Shown here piece by piece: positions 26,632 to 32,000 of a stretch of DNA of 32,000 nucleotides (position 1 is its first letter; the number at the start of each line of letters is the position of its first letter). The notes under the pieces are model-generated. The model ran no database searches. It was not told the origin of the DNA and worked only from the letters and a program-made list of their open reading frames with translations. The stretch is from Trichlorobacter lovleyi SZ. GTDB taxonomy: Bacteria > Desulfobacterota > Desulfuromonadia > Geobacterales > Pseudopelobacteraceae. The translations under genes and the position numbers were made by a program. Location of the stretch: positions 1,980,001-2,012,000 of the forward strand of contig NC_010814.1 of assembly GCF_000020385.1 (NCBI RefSeq), written 5' to 3'.

Positions 26632-27573
26632 TTATCGTGCTGCAATCAGATAATCACTGCTGATCACTTCATAGTGGTTACGGTGGGTGCGCATCCGCCA
26701 GGTACGTGATCCGGACCAGCTGATCTTCCAGGCCGGTATCAACACCCTGTTCTTTCCCTCCAGCAGGGCGCGGACATTATCCAGACCGCGGCCGGAGTAG
26801 GGGCCCTGGCTGGTGCCACCCAGCCAGCGTTCTTCCGGTGCGGCACTGGTGGACCAGGAAAACGGATCGGCAAAAAGGAAGGAGCTGTTCTGATTAGCGG
26901 ACACCCGGTTCATCTCATACAGATGTGCCAGGGGGTAACTGACCCGATCCAGCAGGTTCAGCGAGACTACCTGATCAAAGCTGTTGGCAGCAAAGGGCAG
27001 GCGCAGGGCATCAGCTACAATGAATTCCACGTTGCCGGTCTGCCAGCTGACGGGCAGTTGCAGGTTAAAAGCCTCAGTCAGGTTGCCTTCCAGCGGGAGT
27101 GAAAAGCTGAGTTCACGGTTGCGTGCCAGGCGGCGGGCGGTCTTGATAAAGCTGCTGGACAGATCGCAGCCGACACTGAACCCGAATCGATTCGCCATCT
27201 CAAAGGTAAGCCTGCCTACTGCGCAGCCTGCCTCAAAGGCTGCAGCACCGCTCTGCGCCAGTAATCCGCCCCAACCAATCTCCCCGTCTTCCCCGGTCTG
27301 TTCACCCAACAGATCCCCGTACTGGCTCCAGAGGTAGCGGGCAGTCATTTCCTGATCTTCATAACGCCACTGACCGCCGCTTGTGGCGCTGTCCGGATTG
27401 GACACCAGGTTGGCGATACCGTCCTGAACCGGAAAGTCTTGCCTGCAACGAGGACAGGTCAAGAGGCCGGTTTCTATCTCGCCGTCAAGCTCTTTGGTGA
27501 TGCTCGGCTGCAAGGGATATTCCTTGGGCAGACAGGTCGGGCAGATCAGGTGTGGCAGCAGTATCCGTTTCAT
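26632..27573 (-). CDS. class I SAM-dependent methyltransferase with N-terminal Trm112-like CPxC...CPxC zinc ribbon
   Basis: 313 aa from the ATG at 27573, preceded by GGAGG at 5-nt spacing. CPTC...CPRC ribbon, then FEAGCAVGRL (motif I-like) and a VSLNLLDRV methyltransferase core. Confidence 0.75.
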   Translation of the reverse strand: MKRILLPHLICPTCLPKEYPLQPSITKELDGEIETGLLTCPRCRQDFPVQDGIANLVSNPDSATSGGQWRYEDQEMTARYLWSQYGDLLGEQTGEDGEIGWGGLLAQSGAAAFEAGCAVGRLTFEMANRFGFSVGCDLSSSFIKTARRLARNRELSFSLPLEGNLTEAFNLQLPVSWQTGNVEFIVADALRLPFAANSFDQVVSLNLLDRVSYPLAHLYEMNRVSANQNSSFLFADPFSWSTSAAPEERWLGGTSQGPYSGRGLDNVRALLEGKNRVLIPAWKISWSGSRTWRMRTHRNHYEVISSDYLIAAR

Positions 27574-27674
27574 GAAACCTCCGCAGGTGAGCCGGCTGGT
27601 TGCGTAGTCTGCCAGCAAAATCAGGGCAGCGCAAGCGGGGGAGTCGGCATTGTCATGCTGCTGCTGTTGAATCG

Positions 27675-27703
27675 TTGACAACCTCCAAGAGAAATTGTAT
27701 ACA
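27675..27703 (+). promoter_or_regulatory. candidate sigma70 promoter for acnB
   Basis: TTGACA (27675-27680), 17-nt spacer, TATACA (27698-27703). The -10 is part of a tandem TATACAC-TATACAC repeat. Confidence 0.55.
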
Positions 27704-27766
27704 CTATACACTTTATTTCGACCCATATGTACGCTAAGTACCTATCAAAACAAGGAGGATGTACGA

Positions 27767-30298
27767 ATGATCGAAGCATATCTGGCCCATGAAGCCGAGC
27801 GTGCAGCCCAGGGTATTCCTGCCCTGCCGCTGTCCCCTGAGCAGACCACTGAGCTGTGCAAGCTGCTGGAAGCCCCCCCTGCAGGCAAGGAAGCATTCCT
27901 GCTGAACCTGCTGAAAGAGCGTGTTTCCCCGGGTGTTGACCCTGCAGCCAAGGTTAAGGCCGAGTTTCTGGCCGGCATCCTGAATGGCAGCAAGAAGTCT
28001 CCGCTGGTTTCCAAGGTTGATGCAGTCCGTATTCTGGGCACCATGATGGGTGGCTACAACGTTGGTCCGCTGGTTGAGGCCCTGAAGGATGCCGAGCTGG
28101 CTGATGAAGCTGCCTGCGCTCTGTCAGGCATGACCCTGGTGTATGACGGGTTTGATCAGGTTGTTGCCCTGTCTTCTTCCAATGCCGCTGCCAAAAAGGT
28201 TCTGACCTCCTGGGCAAATGCCGAATGGTTCACCAACAAGCCGGGCGTACCTGAAACCATCAAGGTAAAGGTATTCAAGGTTGAAGGCGAAATCAACACC
28301 GACGACTTCTCACCTGCCGGTGACGCCTGGAGCCGTCCTGATATCCCGCTGCATGCACTGGCAATGGGTAAGACCCGTTTCCCGAACCGTCTGAAGGATA
28401 TTGCTGACTGGCGTGCTGCCGGTAATCAGGTCGCCTTTGTGGGCGATGTTGTCGGTACCGGTTCTTCCCGTAAGTCCGCCTGTAACTCGGTGCTGTGGCA
28501 CATGGGCCAGGATATCCCCTGCGTCCCCAACAAGAAGACTGCCGGTGTGATCATCGGCGGCGTTATCGCCCCGATCTTCTTCAACACTGCCCAGGATTCC
28601 GGCGCACTGCCGATCAAGGCTGACGTAACCAAGATGAACGACGGTGACGTAATCACCATCAACACCGCCAAGGGTGAAATTACCAATGAGGCCGGTGAAG
28701 TTATCTCCACCTTCAAGCTTGCTCCCAACACCATTGCCGACGAGTTCCGCGCTGGCGGCCGGATTCCGCTGATCATCGGCCGCGCTGTAACCGAGAAGGC
28801 CCGCAAGGCGCTGGGCATGGGCGAGACCGATGTCTTCACCCTGCCGGTCAACCCGGTTCCCAAGGCTGATCAAGGCTACTCACTGGCCCAGAAGATGGTT
28901 GGCAAGGCTTGTGGCGTTGCCGGCATCCTGCCTGGCACTGCCTGTGAGCCGAAGATGACCACGGTTGGTTCACAGGACACCACCGGTCCTATGACCGCTG
29001 ACGAACTGAAGGAACTGGCCTGCCTCAAATTCCTGTCCCCGATGTTCATGCAGTCCTTCTGCCACACCGCTGCCTATCCGAAGCCGGCTGACGTCAAGAT
29101 GCACAAGACCCTGCCTGCCTTCATCGCAGAGCGTGGCGGTGTTGCCCTGAAGCCTGGCGACGGCGTTATCCACTCCTGGCTGAACCGTCTGCTGCTGCCT
29201 GACACCGTCGGAACCGGTGGCGACTCACACACCCGTTTCCCGATCGGCATCTCCTTCCCGGCCGGTTCCGGTCTGGTGGCCTTCGCCGGCGCCATGGGCT
29301 TTATGCCGCTGGATATGCCTGAGTCCGTACTGGTTCGTTTCAAGGGTACGTTCAACCCCGGTATCACCCTGCGTGACGCCGTGAACGCCATCCCTTACTG
29401 GGCTATCAAGCAGGGACTGCTGACCGTGCCCAAGAAGAACAAGGTCAATATCTTCAACGGCCGCATTCTGGAGATGGAAGGTCTGCCAGAGCTGACCGTT
29501 GAGCAGGGCTTTGAGCTGACTGATGCTGCTGCCGAGCGTTCTGCTGCTGCCGGTTGTATCCAGCTTTCCAAAGAGTCAGTTGCCACCTACCTCCGCTCCA
29601 ACGTGGCTCTGATGAAGAAGATGATCGCCGATGGCTATCAGGATCCCCAGACCCTGCAGAACCGGATCGACGCCGTCAACGAGTGGCTGAAGAATCCGCA
29701 ACTGCTTGAGGCTGACAAGAATGCCGAGTACGCCGCTGTGATCGAGATCGACCTGGCCGAGATCACCGAGCCGATCCTGGCCTGCCCCAATGACCCGGAT
29801 GATGTCAAGCTGTTGTCCGAAGTTGCCGGTACCCCGATTCAGGATGTGTTCATCGGTTCCTGTATGACTAACATCGGTCACTTCCGTGCTGCAGCCGAGA
29901 TCTGGAAGGGCGAGAAGTTCAACCCCAATGTCCGCACCTGGATCACTCCTCCGACCCGTATGGATAGCGATCTGCTGAAGGACGAGGCTGTTTTCTCCAT
30001 CTACAGCGCTTTTGGTGCACGGATCGAGATCGCAGGCTGCTCACTCTGCATGGGTAACCAGGCCCGGGTACCGGATGGCGTAAACATGTTCTCCACCTCC
30101 ACCCGTAACTTCGACGACCGGATCGGTAATGGCGCCAAGGTATTCCTGGGCTCCGCCGAACTGGGTGCCGTAGCGGCCAAGATGGGCAAACTGCCTACAC
30201 CGGCCGAATTCTTGGCCATCTACAATGAGAAGGTTGCTCCTAACAAGGAGAAGATCTATCGTTACCTGCAGTTCGATGAGATGGAAGGCTACAAGTAG
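27767..30298 (+). CDS. acnB: bifunctional aconitate hydratase 2 / 2-methylisocitrate dehydratase
   Basis: 843 aa from the ATG at 27767 (AAGGAGG upstream). [18 protein letters not shown]...[26 protein letters not shown] parallels the E. coli AcnB N-terminus. Fe-S ligand regions CMTNIGH and GCSLCMGNQ are present. Confidence 0.95.
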   Translation: MIEAYLAHEAERAAQGIPALPLSPEQTTELCKLLEAPPAGKEAFLLNLLKERVSPGVDPAAKVKAEFLAGILNGSKKSPLVSKVDAVRILGTMMGGYNVGPLVEALKDAELADEAACALSGMTLVYDGFDQVVALSSSNAAAKKVLTSWANAEWFTNKPGVPETIKVKVFKVEGEINTDDFSPAGDAWSRPDIPLHALAMGKTRFPNRLKDIADWRAAGNQVAFVGDVVGTGSSRKSACNSVLWHMGQDIPCVPNKKTAGVIIGGVIAPIFFNTAQDSGALPIKADVTKMNDGDVITINTAKGEITNEAGEVISTFKLAPNTIADEFRAGGRIPLIIGRAVTEKARKALGMGETDVFTLPVNPVPKADQGYSLAQKMVGKACGVAGILPGTACEPKMTTVGSQDTTGPMTADELKELACLKFLSPMFMQSFCHTAAYPKPADVKMHKTLPAFIAERGGVALKPGDGVIHSWLNRLLLPDTVGTGGDSHTRFPIGISFPAGSGLVAFAGAMGFMPLDMPESVLVRFKGTFNPGITLRDAVNAIPYWAIKQGLLTVPKKNKVNIFNGRILEMEGLPELTVEQGFELTDAAAERSAAAGCIQLSKESVATYLRSNVALMKKMIADGYQDPQTLQNRIDAVNEWLKNPQLLEADKNAEYAAVIEIDLAEITEPILACPNDPDDVKLLSEVAGTPIQDVFIGSCMTNIGHFRAAAEIWKGEKFNPNVRTWITPPTRMDSDLLKDEAVFSIYSAFGARIEIAGCSLCMGNQARVPDGVNMFSTSTRNFDDRIGNGAKVFLGSAELGAVAAKMGKLPTPAEFLAIYNEKVAPNKEKIYRYLQFDEMEGYK

Positions 30299-30344
30299 CA
30301 TGCTGCTGAGCTGATCTGAATCAGCACATGCTGCTTAACAAGCT

Positions 30345-30382
30345 CAAAACCCCTGTCCGGCATTGCTGTGGCAGGGGTTTTG
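30345..30382 (+). terminator. terminator-like hairpin after acnB
   Basis: CAAAACCCCTG ... CAGGGGTTTTG, an 11-bp perfect stem with a 16-nt loop. The U residues form part of the stem (A-tract/U-tract type). Confidence 0.65.
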
Positions 30383-30510
30383 ACTGTAAACAGTTGTCGC
30401 TCGGTCGGGGGGTGAGAACGGTTCCGGTGCCGGAGGGCCGGATTCCGGCATCATATGGCTGCATGTCCGGCAGATGCAGCACAATATCACGCAATTAGCT
30501 GAAAAAAGGG

Positions 30511-30539
30511 TTGCAGCATCAATGCCCCTATGTTATAAA
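30511..30539 (+). promoter_or_regulatory. candidate sigma70 promoter for ihfA
   Basis: TTGCAG (30511-30516), 17-nt spacer, TATAAA (30534-30539). Confidence 0.5.
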
Positions 30540-30600
30540 CTTTTCCTTGCCGCTATCTGTCCGTTACAGAGTTAACTGTCCTATATAAGAGGGGTTTTTT

Positions 30601-30882
30601 ATGACAAAAGCAGATATTGTTGAACGCATTCATCAGAAGATCGGTCTCTCCAAGAAGGAGTCTGCCGAAATGGTGGAGATGGTTTTCGGTATCATGAAAA
30701 ATACTCTGGAATCCGGCGAGAAAATCAAGATTGCCGGTTTTGGTAATTTTGTTGTCAAGCAGAAGGCGGACCGTCGTGGCCGTAACCCCCAGACCGGAGA
30801 TGCAATCACCATCTCTGCACGCCGTATCCTTACCTTTAAACCCAGCCAGGTTTTAAAAAGCGGCATCAACGACGAAGAATAA
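30601..30882 (+). CDS. ihfA: integration host factor subunit alpha (HU/IHF family)
   Basis: 93 aa. TKADIVERIHQKIGLSKKESAEMVE.....M...L..GEKIKIAGFGNF.VK.K..R.GRNP.TG..I.I.ARR..TFKPS..LK matches the IHF-alpha pattern. Confidence 0.88.
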   Translation: MTKADIVERIHQKIGLSKKESAEMVEMVFGIMKNTLESGEKIKIAGFGNFVVKQKADRRGRNPQTGDAITISARRILTFKPSQVLKSGINDEE

Positions 30883-30904
30883 CGCCGGTCAGGGTAAGTA
30901 GGGT

Positions 30905-31255
30905 ATGCAGCCAGTAATTCCGGACAAAACCTACTTTAAGATCGGTGAAGTTGCTCGTCTTGCCGATATCAAGACATCGGTACTCAGATACTGGGAAACC
31001 GAGTTTCCTTTTCTGAACCCTGAGAAAAGCTCTGCCGGGCAGCGTCTCTATACCCGGCAGGACATTGAGATGGTGCAACAGATCAAACAACTGCTCTATC
31101 AGGAAAAGTATACCATTGAAGGTGTTCGTAAGAAGTTTTCCCCGCGCAAAACCGCTTCAACCAGGCAGGTAGCTCCTGCAGATCCATCTCATGATCTGCA
31201 GACTATACTCAGAATAGTCCGACAGGAATTACGTGCTATTCGCGCCGTACTCTGA
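30905..31255 (+). CDS. MerR family transcriptional regulator
   Basis: 116 aa. N-terminal HTH FKIGEVARLADIKTSVLRYWETEF followed by the GQRLYTRQDIE wing. Confidence 0.85.
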   Translation: MQPVIPDKTYFKIGEVARLADIKTSVLRYWETEFPFLNPEKSSAGQRLYTRQDIEMVQQIKQLLYQEKYTIEGVRKKFSPRKTASTRQVAPADPSHDLQTILRIVRQELRAIRAVL

Positions 31256-31274
31256 TGTTCCCGCCGTTTATATG

Positions 31275-31305
31275 AGCCTCGAAGAACTTTTCGGGGCTTT
31301 TTTTT
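31275..31305 (+). terminator. intrinsic terminator after the MerR-family gene
   Basis: AGCCTCGAA-gaactt-TTCGGGGCT (9 bp, one G-U), followed by T7-8. Confidence 0.85.
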
Positions 31306-31424
31306 ACCCAAGACGCTACCTGTTCTCACTTCTCAGTCTTGCCGTTCAGCAGTGAATTGCTTTAAACTGTATAGTGCCTCCCGAAACGGTTTTACAATAG
31401 GGGCACTCTGGGAGAATTTGGGTT

Positions 31425-32000
31425 ATGAATGAAATAAATCAAGAACCGGATAGCTGGTTTGCACCTGCAGGCAGAGTCTCTCATGAAGCCTTGTTACAGG
31501 AAACCGCTAAGGTTGCCAATAGCAAGCTGATTTCAGCACTTTTGAATGCCATGCCAGATTTTCTGCTGGTGCTTAATGAACAACGCCAGATTGTGGCGGT
31601 AAACCAACGCTTGCTGATGACATTCGGGGTTGCTGATCCGGAATCGTTGCTGGGGTTGCGTCCGGGTGAGGCGGTTGGCTGTACCCATGCCTACGAAGGT
31701 CCGGATGGTTGCGGCACAGCAAAACATTGTGCCGTGTGTGGTGCCGTGCTTGCCATCATGGCCTGTCAGAACAGCGGTCTACCACAACAGGGCGAGTGCC
31801 AGTTGATGCTTGATAAGGATGGCTGTACAGCACTTGATCTGGATGTACTGGCTACTCCTGTGACCATTGAGGGAGAACTGTTTACGGTACTGGCCCTGCG
31901 CGATATCAGCTCTGAAAAACGCCGCCATGTCATGGAGCGGGTCTTTTTTCATGATATACTCAACAGTGCCGGTGGGATACGTGGGTTGGCCGCACTGCTG
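31425..32000 (+). CDS. sensor histidine kinase, N-terminal PAS-like Cys-rich sensor domain plus start of the HisKA domain; 3'-truncated by the window edge
   Basis: I translated the ATG at 31425 by hand. It gives an open frame to the window end (192 codons): MNEINQEPDSWFAPAGRVSHEALLQETAKVANSKLISALLNAMPDFLLVLNEQRQIVAVN...GCTHAYEGPDGCGTAKHCAVCGA...EKRRHVMERVFFHDILNSAGGIRGLAALL (H-box). It is not in the supplied ORF track because no stop lies inside the window. Confidence 0.8.
   Translation, partial: MNEINQEPDSWFAPAGRVSHEALLQETAKVANSKLISALLNAMPDFLLVLNEQRQIVAVNQRLLMTFGVADPESLLGLRPGEAVGCTHAYEGPDGCGTAKHCAVCGAVLAIMACQNSGLPQQGECQLMLDKDGCTALDLDVLATPVTIEGELFTVLALRDISSEKRRHVMERVFFHDILNSAGGIRGLAALL

Noticed and set aside
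26521-26709. Plus-strand Cys-rich 62-codon ORF (…MSCCLSCCNQ…)
   Set aside because: It has a TTG start without a Shine-Dalgarno. It overlaps the 3' end of the convergent methyltransferase gene by 78 nt. The Cys run simply mirrors Gln/Ala codons on the opposite strand.

Overview
This is a gene-dense chromosomal core-genome segment. By eye it has mid-50s % G+C, and its proteins and gene order look Geobacter/Desulfuromonadales-like; that is my impression and I cannot verify it here.

Gene content, left to right:
- The 3' part of a PaaK-family aryl-CoA ligase gene, then a double-ACT protein.
- Two tandem paralogous Liv-type periplasmic binding proteins, a 207-nt structured spacer, and livHMGF-type ABC genes.
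- pyrF, rlmB and a RumA/RlmD-type Fe-S RNA methyltransferase.
- tRNA-Val(GAC), then the classical thrS-infC-rpmI-rplT-pheS-pheT block.
- About 13.6 kb holding a small exported protein, a minus-strand pair (M23/DUF4124 peptidase plus a tandem class II aldolase-like protein), a PilZ protein, sigma54-driven glnB-glnA, an M50 protease, trpS-scpA-scpB plus a Memo/AmmeMemoRadiSam-B homologue, an AT-rich convergent spacer, a Trm112-ribbon methyltransferase and acnB.
- ihfA, a MerR-family gene, and the 5' part of a Cys-rich PAS-like histidine kinase.

I saw no CRISPR array, transposase, integrase, phage gene or recognisable defence gene. I do not see a convincing novel multi-gene system.

The items most worth a second look are:
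- the structured spacer inside the Liv-type cluster, which carries an Ile/Leu/Val-rich mini-ORF;
- the translationally coupled M23 peptidase / double-aldolase-fold pair;
- the 31% G+C convergent spacer with an orphan ORF;
- the C-x9-C-x5-C-x2-C sensor kinase;
- intrinsic terminators that leave no room for promoters in front of thrS and pheS;
- the non-canonical (ATA) infC start.

All functional calls rest on my reading of the translated ORFs. No searches were run.
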